Source of the DNA: Selaginella moellendorffii
Lineage: Eukaryota > Plantae > Lycopodiophyta
DNA: 64,000 nt
Direction: 5' to 3'
NCBI RefSeq assembly: GCF_000143415.4
Contig: NW_003314349.1
Span: 257,172 to 321,171, forward strand
Within the stretch, counting starts at the first letter, position 1; the number at the start of each line of letters is the position of its first letter. The position numbers were made by a program, and so were the translations under genes. The notes beneath the pieces are model-generated. The model did no database searches, was not told where the DNA came from, and saw nothing but the letters and a program-made list of their open reading frames with translations. Below are positions 27,395 through 38,177 of this stretch, one piece after another.

Positions 27395-27624
27395 AACATT
27401 GCCAAAGTCTGAATTGATAATTCTAAGAAGAATACCATGCTATCTTTCATGGTATTTCCAAAATATACAAGTCACTTTGCTTGAGAGGTTAAGCAAAGAT
27501 TATTAAACTGCTAAAACACTGTTTGACATGATAAAAGTGCACCTAGATCTAATCACATATCAAGCCACAGAAAATCATCAAATAAATCAGACATAATAAT
27601 TACTTCTCTAAACCACTAAAAGAT

Positions 27625-27735
27625 GACTGCGTTTTGGTGTCCAAAGCAATGCTCAGTCTTCATTTCTTCCCTCCACTCAATCCATGCGAGAACCACTATC
27701 TCCAAGCCCCATCTCACTGTCAACCATCTCCTCTT
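27625..27735 (-). pseudogene. Inverted ABCG fragment, left part (continues at 47753-48010 after the transposon)
   Basis: Matches 10920-11032 up to the target site. The remainder resumes at 47753. Confidence 0.85.
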
Positions 27736-27796
27736 GAGCGTGGACCATACTTGAGCTCACGAGCTGAAGAGTTGAGCTCACGAGTTGAGCTCAATT
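27736..27796 (+). repeat. Left TIR
   Basis: GAGCGTGGACCATACTTGAG matches the right end at 14/20. Inner block 27769-27796 is the 28/28 reverse complement of 47708-47735. Three TGAGCTCA palindromes. Confidence 0.9.
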
Positions 27797-28369
27797 TTCA
27801 ATTGTAATTTAGTACAAACATTATAAACTTTAAAATTTTAAAGTTATGGCGAACTTAATAATTTCATAACTCTCTATATATTATATAGATAAAAATGTTC
27901 TAAAGGACACTTCTTGTTCTAATAATTTAAATATTTACTACATGCAATAATAGAGACATTTGTTAAAATATAAAATAAAATGTTTGCAAAAAGAGTATTC
28001 TTGTCACTTCTTTAAATTTGTACTCTGTGCTTTCTAGCTAGTAAATGTCAGGTTCGTCAGAATTTTAAAATTATTAAATTTGAATTAAGATTCTATATAA
28101 GGCCATATAACCATTTGAAAGGAAAAAAAAACAACTGTGATGGTACATATGCTCTCACAATACATTGTAACATCATACACCCGAAAGACTATCACAAAAT
28201 ATATTTTGAGAAGGTAAAGACAAAAATGGAGACTCATAAATACTATGGGCAGTATTGCGAAAAGAACCTCACAAGTATATGAAATGAAAAGTGAAATAAT
28301 AAAATATTTTTATTAATTATATAAGTTTATATTATTGATAGAGAATAAACATCGATAGTGCTGGAAAAT

Positions 28370-31300
28370 CTAATTAGCTCCAAAAGTTTTCTGCAACTCG
28401 GCAATAGTAAGGCTTGCTTGGTGTATATGAATATCCACTTTAGGATCCTGGTGCAAGATGTTGATGAAGATGTAGTACATATGCTTGCAAGGAGCATATG
28501 CCTTCCCATGTTCCTTGCGCTTCGTAAAGTCTGGACATGTGCAAGAAGGAAAGTCTTGAATGGCAATTGTGTACTCTCCACCTTCTGTTTTGATTGTGTA
28601 CTCCTTTGCGAGTGCAGTGATGTATTTCGTGGAGAGAATCTCACACTCAAGTGTTTGAGCCAAGTTTATTTTACCTTGCTTCTGCTTGGAGACGGTACCA
28701 ATAAATTTAACTGCCTTACCTTTTCGTGCTGGCCTTTTGTGCATCTCTGTAGGAATAGTCCTGGTTCTGTCACTCATATCTCCAACTCTTCTCTCAAGAT
28801 TGAAACCAGATTTCTCAAGGTTTTCAATCTCATCCGAGCTGAGCGCAACCCCATTAGCAACCGGCCATTCTTTAGGTACTGCATCAGGTTTAGTCACTAT
28901 AGTGTCTTCAAGCCGCTTTGTATGGTTGACATCAGAGTTGCAGCAATATAACCAACACCATCTTGAAAATCCTGCTTGCTTTCGTTCCCCATGGAAACAT
29001 GGGGCTAGAACAGAAGCAGACTTATCACCACGGATCCAAGCCCAACACTTGCCCCTTGGAAGCATCCCCACACACCTTACATTTGATTTCGCTGGCACTC
29101 GACGGATTGCCCATTGCTTCGGCTCCACACTACGATAAGCAATTTCAACCTGCTGTGATGCACTTTCTTCATCAGCCACTTGAGGTGGTTCGGTTCTGGG
29201 GCGATGTCTTGGAGCAGAATGATACTCAACATCAGGCCTGTAAGAGCTTTTTGCTCCAAGATCCGTGCCAACATCTTCACCAGCAAAGGAAAATCGACGC
29301 TTTGAGCGGACGGTCTTCATATCACCAACAGAAGCCCGAGGAGTGTACTCCATAGATGTGCCGCGGACCACTTCCTCCACTGCAGTTGCCATTGTTCGTG
29401 CTGGTGGAGTCACTTTCTTCTTCATTCGATCGTGTAACATCTCAACCGAAGGTCCTGTTCCCATGTATCTTCTTTCCTCAAATGCCAAGGCTTTTGAAGA
29501 TTGCTCTACAGCGCGTATCAAATCTGATAGACATGCTTCATATAGACTCATCTTCCCTTTCCCTGCCTCAGAGGAACGTCAGCTCCAATGTTTACTCTCT
29601 GAGAGATTCACAGTTGGGGTGTATGCAAGATCCTCAAGTGGTTGATCCTTATAAAAAGATGATATTAAAAAGCAAAAAAAAGAGAGGAAAAAAAGAAAAA
29701 CCAACCTGAAAAGAGTGATGTCCCCATTGGAACATTCTAACTTCCCACCACCCCAACCACGACTCAAGTTGTGGTAGACAACTTACGTCAATATGGCCAT
29801 CTTCACGCCACCACATTCAGATCTCGTTTGCTTTTGCCTCATGCTCTTCTTCAGAAGGTGCAGCCTGCCATTGTTTGCACAACTCCTTAAATGCTAATTG
29901 GAAATTTGGCTTGATAAGGTGGCAGTGTTGGTTTAGGCTCTGAGCCCAATGGAACTCACAAGTCCTCTCACGACCTTCTAGGGGTAGACCATTCCCAAAG
30001 ACTGCCCGGACACCATTCCAATTAGCCCCAGCCCCATCTGCCATGAAACTGCGAAAGTTGGCAGGCTTACCAGTCCGCTTCAATACAATGTCGGAGAGGG
30101 ACTTCCAAAATATTTCTTGAGCCATCTGGTCTTGTACTTTAAACTCTGCCATTGCAATTGTCAAGTTACAATGTAGCCTGTGAAAAGTGCAATGTTTAAA
30201 ACCATTTTAAGATAATGAGAAAAAAAACTACCTCGGATCATACACATGAGCTCCCATGGTTGTCCAACCCGCCACCCGCTCCATATGGTCAAAATGTACC
30301 TATGCATTAGCAAGGTCACTCGACCCAGACATATCCATTCGGGAAACAAGATCCACACCAAAGGCAGGGCCCATGGTAGACATTTTGAAAACGAAGGGGC
30401 GCTCTTGCTCCCTAACGACTTGATCTAGAAATAAACTCCCATAGATAAACTCATAGGGACAAGTCTGTTTTAGTTCAAGGATTGAGTCGATTTTTTATTG
30501 GAGTTTCCCCTCTCGAGATTCACACATCCAAGACTTTATCCTAAATAAAACAAAATGTAAGAGAGATATTATTAAAGAGTATGTAATAATATTTTCATAC
30601 CTCCTGAGGCTAGTTGCAGGTTGCACATGTCGTAGTAACTCCCGCAAGTTAGCCTCATCCAGTTGAGTATTCTTGTAGTCCGGATCAAGTAATGTATTTG
30701 CAATAAAATCCTTGAGCACTGTCTTTTGAACATGCTTCGGAGTTGCAAATGAGTTTCTCACAGTCTCTATCTGCACTGCATCTTTGAAATGGTTGACTGA
30801 ACTCCTTTGTATCCCTTCTTGCATTGGATGTGTGTGCGTGCTAATATGTACTGTAGCTCTACCAACCTCTCCATCCCGTGGAAGAAAATAGTACATCTTG
30901 GCCCCGCAGATGGCACGACACAATGGAGCATTCTTGCAAAACCAACACTTGAATCCAACACCAATAGTGTCACAGAGGGGAGGATTGGTTGCAGATCCTT
31001 CAAAAAATATGGAGTTTTTACCGCGCTCTTGATTGCATGCTTTATTCACACAATCCAAATAACCACCACAATGAACCATGGACACTGTGCCTTCGAAATG
31101 CTGGAAATGTGTGGTCTTGATCTTGCACCAGTTGTGGACATCCTGCTTCGTCTCCATCCCCTTTCGTTTTGAGCTGACAAGAGGTGGTAGTTCAAAGAAG
31201 ATATTGCCATTGTATGTAGATGGGAGCTCGCTAACAGGCCTATGCAGAAAGGAACGAATATTGATAGAGAGGCGGGAAAACTGGAAAGTGTTGCAAACAG

Positions 31301-31580
31301 CTTGGAATATCAGTGAAGTTGGAGTTTGGAAATTCTTGGCTCGCACTGGACTAACATCTCCACTAGAACTAAAAGAGGAAGAAATGATGACGACCGACTC
31401 TTGCTTCACATTCACTTTAGCAGGATCACAACCTCGCACTTTGATTGGAGATCCAAAAACTCGAATCTCTTTCGACTTGGAATGTTGCAAATCCCAATGT
31501 TGTCCACCTTCACCTACACCCGAAAGAAGAAACTCCGATCTTTCAACTACACCAATGTTGTTGCGAATCACAGCTTCCAA
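28370..31580 (-). pseudogene. MULE-type DDE transposase (GCM-like Zn domain, MULE catalytic domain, SWIM finger); exons 31580-30601, 30540-30232, 30177-29706, 29647-28370; ~1010 aa with 4 in-frame stops
   Basis: Phase-consistent splicing. GCM-like W..HCGGYLDC...C...CWFC...C...HISTHTHP. D1 VHFDHMERVAGWTT, D2 FMADGAGANWNGVRAVF, CxxH TCEFHW, WLGWW..R, E in PTVNLSESKH, SWIM CTCPDF...CKH. Stops at 30495, 30300, 29817 and 29579. Start codon uncertain. Confidence 0.88.
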
Positions 31581-32529
31581 TGAAATAGAACCGAGAGAAA
31601 GATCGAAACGTCGGCAAAGAAAACTTTATGAAATAAGACTTTGGGAGAAAGAAAGCGGTGGGTGATCTTGGTAATGCAAAAGAAAACCCTCCATTTTGTT
31701 GCCTTTAGGTTTTGGAACTCTGAACTTTTATAACGAAATGTCACCTCACATGTGCTATGCCATTATGTGAAAAGATAGGGGGATTTTATTCTAGGATCTA
31801 ACATCGAATAATGTTGTTATAATAAATTCTGTATGAAGTATATAGGACTATGTTGTACCATATTAAAAGTCTATATACATTGAATTAAAAAACATACTCA
31901 AATTTATTATATGCACTAACTTTTGGTAGAATGGAAAGAAATATCACCTCAAGCATGTGCCATAATATGAAAGATAGGAATGATTTTATTCTAGGATCTA
32001 CCATCAACCAATTGTTGCCAAATAAATTAAATATTGTACATATTTTCAGTACTTCATTAAAGCTAGAAATCATCACATTCTTCTGAACTCATTTAAATAT
32101 ATTCCATCTTTGTACTACCATCTATCACCTATAGTAAATTATCTATATACATTGCTTTGGAAATAACACCTTATGATTTAATAATCTTATATTTTCTAAC
32201 AGTTTCGTATTGTGATCAATTCAACACATGTGTCTGTGACATTATTTCACATTATGACATAGTCATATTAGAGCACACCTCCATTATTAAATTACAATTC
32301 AAAAGGACTTTGTCACGTGATCAAATCTAGGGCGGAATAGAAATTGTACAGTGCTAGATTTATTATTTATTGTACAGTGAAGATTTACTGCATCCACGAT
32401 GAATGGCTGTGATGAAAGTTAGGTTAGGGTTAGGGCAGCTGCCGGCGTTAGGGTTTTACAGAAAGTAGAGCGGGAGATTGGGAGTGACTGCGGGAACAGA
32501 ATGCCGCCAAGAGTAAGTTTTTTCTCCTC

Positions 32530-33370
32530 CTCCACTCCCTCTCCTCCCCGCCCAGCGCCGCCGCGCCCAGCGCCCCTGCACCCACGCCACGCCAAGCACC
32601 GCCACGCCCAGCACTACTGCGCCCACACCACGCCACGCTCAGCACCGCCACTGCCCAGGGCTGCCAAGCACCGCCCATTGCCATGCCACGCCCAGCGCAG
32701 CGCTGCCTAGGTCCACCGCTGCCCAGCACCGCCGCTGCCATGCCGCCGCTGCCTAGGTCCGCCGCTGCCCAGCACCGCCGCTGCCATGCCACCGCTGCCG
32801 TTCTGCCGCTGCCCAGCATCGCCCACACCATGCCATGCCACGCCAGTGCTGCGCTACCTAGGGCCACCGCTGCTGCCAAGTGCCCAGGCCGGGCATTTGG
32901 CTGGGCACTCCGCCTGGGCCGGCCATGGCAGGCCGGTACGCCGGCAAACCAGTGCCAGAGCAAACTGCCCGTGCCAAGTCCGCGCAGGCCGGCCAAGGTG
33001 CTTGGCCGGCAAAAGCGCCAAGTGCTTGTGCCAAATGCCCACGCTGGGCATTTGGCACGAGCCAGCCAAGTCCAAGCGCCAAGGCCAACCGCCCGCGAGC
33101 CAGCCTTGGAGCTTGAGGTGGGCCGGTTCGCCCGGGCATTTGGCCCGAGCCGGCCTTGGCACTTGGAGGCGGACCGGCGCCCGCACCAAGTGCCAAGGCC
33201 AACCGCCCATGAGCCGGCCTTGGCGCTTGGAGGTGGGCCGGTTCGCCAGCGAACCGGCCCGCCTCCAAGCGCCAAGGCAAGGTTCTCGGGCAGTTGGCCT
33301 TGGCATGGGCCGGCCAAGGTGCTTGGGGGCGTCCCAGTTCGCCGGCGAACCAGCGCCTGCACTGAGCCCA
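32530..33370. repeat. GC-rich repetitive/palindromic tract inside the 914-bp first intron; ~56-bp-stem hairpin at 33191-33305
   Basis: Arms tgccaaggccaaccgccc...gggccggttcgc and gcgaaccggccc...gttggccttggca are separated by 2 nt. Repeated GCCAAG/CTTGGC and GGCC motifs. Confidence 0.85.
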
Positions 33371-33582
33371 CGCCCTGTTCCCCTCTTATGCATTTATAAT
33401 TTATAATGTTTTTTTTTTTTTTTCAGAAACGGAAGCAACTACAAAAGGAGAGGGATGTTGGATCAAAGAGATGACATGAGGAAGATGAGATCCAAGACGA
33501 CAATCAAGTTGACATTTAGATAGAGATTTCCACAGCGACAACTCTACCATCTTCCCAACCAGATAGCTCCAATCCACATGCA

Positions 33583-33830
33583 CCCCCACCATTGCCATCG
33601 ATGCCACCACCACCATTACCACCGCCACCACCTTCACCACCATTACCACCACCGCCACCTTTACCTTCATCACCACCATTACCACCACTGTCATCACCAC
33701 CATTACCATCACCACCATTACCACCACCACTGTCATCACCACCATTACCACCACCACCGCCACCATCATCACCACCACCAACGCAACCATTGTCATCACT
33801 ACCATTGCTGCCACAACCACAAATGCCACT
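33583..33830 (+). repeat. (CCA)n-type low-complexity tract encoding poly-proline in exon 2
   Basis: ccaccattacca/ccaccacc repeats, in frame with the downstream ParB-like region. Confidence 0.85.
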
Positions 33831-36800
33831 ACTCTTAACATATTCACAAAATATGGCAGAAACGGAGCAGTGCCCAAGTGCGCTTGATGCCGGTGTTGGG
33901 CCAGAGTCAGGGGCTAGATCTGATAATGGTGCTACTGGAGGTGTAGCTGAAGCTGAAAGAGAAGTGGAGCTACCTGAACACATTGTCGACAAGCGCTTCC
34001 AAGAGACAGTTTTGAGAACTAAAGAGAAGGCCATTCACACGACTCTAAAGTCTCTCAAGTGGGAAGGCCCGGGGCATATGATCTGAGAAATCCCACTATG
34101 TCGATTCACTCAGACAAGCATCGTTCGGTCTGCTTCACCGCACTTCGTCAACATGGACATCTATAGTTTGTACAAACAAAATGGCCTTGGGACAAGCATA
34201 GGTATGTTCCTTGTTTCGGTCTTCAAGCCAGGAACGACAAATACCCTCTCGGTGTCACTGGAAATCGAGAGGGATTGGGATGACATTTGGAAAATGAAGT
34301 CCCGCGAATTTGACATCAAGCTTATGAGCCATCCTGAGACTCAACAATTTGTGGGGAAAATGTTCTACATTATCAATGGGAATCATCGCTGGTGCGCGTG
34401 GATGAAGTGCATTCGAGAATGCTTCCGAGATGATCCTGTCTATCACATCAATGTTCTGGTTGGACATGTACACGCGAGAGGATCTCTAGATGTGGCAAGG
34501 CTTGTGATAGCTTGCCACAAAATTAATGCGTAAGTACCTCTCCCTCTTCACTTTTAACAATTTGTGTTTTGCAGGCTGGGACAGTTTGCAGTGCAGAAAC
34601 AAAGCCTAGTACATGATATCGAGTAGATCCGGTTTCTTGCCAATCTCGACGAGGATGCAGTCCGCAGCCACTATGGTGATGATTTAGCATCACTTATTCG
34701 GCATCAACGAAGTCGTCAGGATGCCAATAGATGGTACAAGAATCCAGTGGCTTTTATGACAGCTGTGTGGAGTAAGGTATGTTCTTTCAAGTATACTTCT
34801 TATCATAGAATGTTTATGTTGTCTTCAGCCATTGGTGAAGGTTAAGCAAGATGCATATGCACAGTCGCATCGAGCTGAAAATGATCAAGAACTCTTAGAG
34901 CATTTAGCTGCAATTGACAAGAAAATCAACAACACAAAGAAGACAAAGGTAAAAAAATTACTTAGTGTGGCTGACCCTCGACGCCCAAAGGAGTGGTTCG
35001 ATATTATAACAGAGATTGCTTGTCATGAAAGTAAGTATTGTTTGTGTTTACATGAAGGTTCTCACAAAAGTTATTTTTTAGTGGGCAAGACTCCATATGA
35101 GATTATTTACAACATCTCAAAGTCAAAGCTTACATATGAGGAATAGATACACATTCTGAACGACCTCAATAGCAGACTCAGGGAAGGAGAAAAAGGTTTG
35201 GACAGTATGATGGAGACTGTGATGAGGAGGACCGTCTACATTTCACAAACTGTATATGAAGGGGAGATGTTTCTAGTGCCTTTCATAGGGGATGATCCTG
35301 AGCAACTTCCATTTAAGGACTTCGTCACCATTGAGCTTACAAAACTCGGAGAGGACTGGCTGCCAAAGAAGGCCACAAGCACGACTCCATTTGATAAACA
35401 ACTTGGCCAACCTTACTTCATGCGTCGAGCGGCTTTCAGGTAACATACAATTTCTCAACTATACTCAATTGTTTATATTCTATTATAGGTATCTCCAATA
35501 TAGAGGCGTTCCTCTCGAAACACCGGTATGCACACGCCTCCTGAGGCATGGTGTGAGAGATGGAGGCATGTACCCGACAACAATGAAGTTTCTAGCAGCA
35601 ATAAAGCGCGCTTGTCCTTGGGAATTGGAGATGCCAGATTATGAACCAACCCACCATGAGGCTGCAAGAGGCAACAATGATGACGAAGAGAATGTCGACC
35701 CTGTTGGTGCCAATGGCGAGCAAAGTGAAGATGGTGGCGAGAACGAGATTCTTCGAGACGAAGTCGAGCAAGAGAACCAGAACGTCCAAGAAGTTCTACC
35801 TCGACGAAAGCGTGCAAATCCATATCTGGAGGAATTAGTCAACAGTGATGATGATCGTCCAAGACGTCCCCGTAACCGAGGAACTTCTCGAGGTATATTT
35901 CTTTTAATTCTCTCATTTTCTTAGTTCCTCAAAATGGTTGCAGCAAAAACTGTCGGGAGTAACTTCATTCCAGCTCGTCTTGATGCTCGAGAAGAGGACT
36001 TGGAGGAACTTACATCTACCACACGCCACATGACGGTATGTAAATTTTTCTTAAGTTCACATCTTATCTTTGTCTTCTCCCCCTAGATTCGCCCTGTATC
36101 TCCAGTGGTATTCCGTGGTGAAGTTGGGATCTTTATTGGCTCTTATAGTTCATTGATGGCATTTTTTGAGGAAGATGCTGAGAATATGGCTATCCGGCAA
36201 AAGTGGGAGCACTTTTGTCAGAAGATCCATAGGCGACCGCTCAAGAGCACAAACTTCATGCTCTTTGATATGCCAGATGGTCTTCCAGACGCTAATGGTG
36301 ATGTCCCAAGCTGGAACAACCTAACTAAAGACCACTTGAAGGATGCATTCCTTTTGGCAGCAATTCTCCTTCACACAACTGGTCAAGTAGCCTTCATTCT
36401 CCCGAATGACCCCCATTGGATGTCCTGCCTTATGAGGTATGCAACTCGAGTCAACTTCAAGAGGTTCTCTTCCGGATGCATCATGGATAGTGTTGGGGTC
36501 GAGACCAAAGGTGTCCTAGGCATGCCAGAGAAGGTAAGAAATCATTTTCTGTTTTGGTTGTCTCTAAAGTTTTATTATTCAGGTTATGATGTGGACCTAC
36601 CATGTGTTCTGCAGAAAAGAAAATGACGGTTTTCGTGATAGCGAGCGTGCTGCAAGGGTTTTGCCAGGGTATGATAGCTTTACTGACATCATACCAAATC
36701 TCATAGACGACGACATCCGCAACACATTGTCTGGGTATCGGTTCCGATCTCCATCGGTGATGCATGTCCTACTTGAGCTTTATTGCCCAACTAGGGGTGT

Positions 36801-37370
36801 TGTCATCAATTGCACAGCAGGTAGTGGTTCGATGGTCGAAGCAGCACGTGACTCTGGTAGATCGGTGTTTGCGATTGAAGAATATAAGTTCTTCAAACGC
36901 CATCTTCGAGGTTTTCGTCCTTCTCTATCAGTTGCTTCTAGAAGGTAATTTATGATGTTTTAAAAACTTATAAATAATATATATTTAATTTTCTAGAAGT
37001 CTTCCTAGGTATGTATGGCACATCATATGCAATGTGTAAATTGAGGAGTGGTATGAAAAATCTATTTATTAATGATACATTAAAAGACAATTGAATGCAT
37101 CCACTTGCAAAGAAAGATGTGTCACATGTCAATGTGATAATGATTGTGACACTGATAGTGTCAGTGCAGCAGATAGCGACAGTGATAGTGTCAGTGACAG
37201 AGACAGTGTCAGTGTCAGAGATGACAAAGTTACAGTGTCAATCTGTCAAATTTCATAATTACTAGTATTATCAGTTTATTATCTATAGGTAATACAATTT
37301 TGTTAATAAAAAAAAGGCGAGGGGCGGATGAATAATATCATAGTGTAAGAATTATTAGTGGCTGGAATTT

Positions 37371-37919
37371 TCAGTAGGATGGCCTAAAAATACCATATTC
37401 AGCACTTGTGGATGTAGTATCTACTAACGGAATATTGTTCCTCACCATGAAATGATAATGATTGTGTGTTCTTAACTCTTTCTTGATTTTCTTATACATC
37501 CATTTATACACACCTTCCACACTAGTTCTTGGGCAGTTGTGACAGTGTTCTAGAAAAGTTTCTAAACCCATACAGCCTTCCGTTTTATCTAAATAAAAGT
37601 AGCAGATGGGACACTGGAGATAATATGTGTTCATTCTTTCAAAAGTTTCAACCATATCAGGAGCAAGATCTTGAAGAAACATCTGGCATCGCTCTTGAAG
37701 CACATGAGGCAATCCATCTTTAGTAGCAACATCTAAAACATTATCTGGAAGAGGGATCTCTTGTTCAGTCACACTTGGGGTTACAAAAGAAAAAGCCTCA
37801 CAACAATTGATGTATGGAGGGAAGGGTGGAATGTTAGTAGAAGTTGGAGACGGAGGTGGAGACTCATATGAAATGCATGGGGGCCAAGTGCGAGTAGCAA
37901 TAGCATTTTCCCTAGCCAT
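37371..37919 (-). CDS. Small transposon cargo protein (182 aa) with zf-XS-like zinc finger
   Basis: Intact ATG-to-stop ORF containing YLQCPICYFYLDKTEGCMGLETFLEHCHNC...YKWMYKKIKKEL. Its conserved paralog next door supports coding status. Confidence 0.65.
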   Translation of the reverse strand: MARENAIATRTWPPCISYESPPPSPTSTNIPPFPPYINCCEAFSFVTPSVTEQEIPLPDNVLDVATKDGLPHVLQERCQMFLQDLAPDMVETFERMNTYYLQCPICYFYLDKTEGCMGLETFLEHCHNCPRTSVEGVYKWMYKKIKKELRTHNHYHFMVRNNIPLVDTTSTSAEYGIFRPSY

Positions 37920-38177
37920 TCCTACACTCTAAACAAACTAAAATTTCAATGTTGAAAGCATCCCTTGTTGGTATTTATACTAAGAAAAGATCTAGGGGTT
38001 TTTGAAAGTTTAAATTGTCAGTCTCAAAAATGGGACTTCAGAATTATAACAGTGTCAGAACCACTTGTATATATAATAATATCTTTATACATGTTAGAAT
38101 AATATCATTCTCGAAAATATAAGATTCTCCACTTTACTCATAAAGAATTAACCTTTTGAAAAAATTATGCATGACTT

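Larger units (their letters stand above)
32501..36948 (+). pseudogene. ParB/Srx-like domain plus beta-class N4C/N6A DNA methyltransferase-like fusion; exons 32501-32512, 33427-34529, 34575-34776, 34829-35030, 35082-35439, 35489-35892, 35944-36035, 36087-36533, 36583-36948; ~1061 aa with 5 in-frame stops
   Basis: All 8 GT-AG junctions are phase-consistent. MPPRKRK start, poly-Pro tract, FYIINGNHRWCAW (ParB/Srx GxHR-like), acidic linker with RRKR. MTase motifs: FMLFDMPDG (IV-like), AAILLHTTGQVAFIL (V-VI), RSPSVMHVLLELYCPTRGVVINCTAGSGSMVEAARDSGRSVFAIE (X-I-II). Confidence 0.78.

Noticed and set aside
32419-32457. TTAGGG telomere-like repeats upstream of the ParB-MTase ATG
   Set aside because: Only about three copies. 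At most telo-box-like promoter motifs, not an interstitial telomere.
32448-33406. Several 140-307 aa Ala/Gly/Pro/Arg-rich ORFs
   Set aside because: GC-rich low-complexity tract open in many frames and bounded by a strong donor (32513) and acceptor (33426), so better explained as an intron.
33401-34034. Poly-His, poly-Gly and poly-Val ORFs; extensin-like gene
   Set aside because: Alternative frames of a CCA repeat. Only the poly-Pro frame is continuous with the spliced ParB-MTase model.
28370-36948. Stop-codon readthrough or U-to-C RNA editing rescuing the transposon genes
   Set aside because: The locus is nuclear, all three stop types occur, and the TGG-derived stops cannot be repaired by U-to-C editing. 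Methylation-driven decay is simpler.
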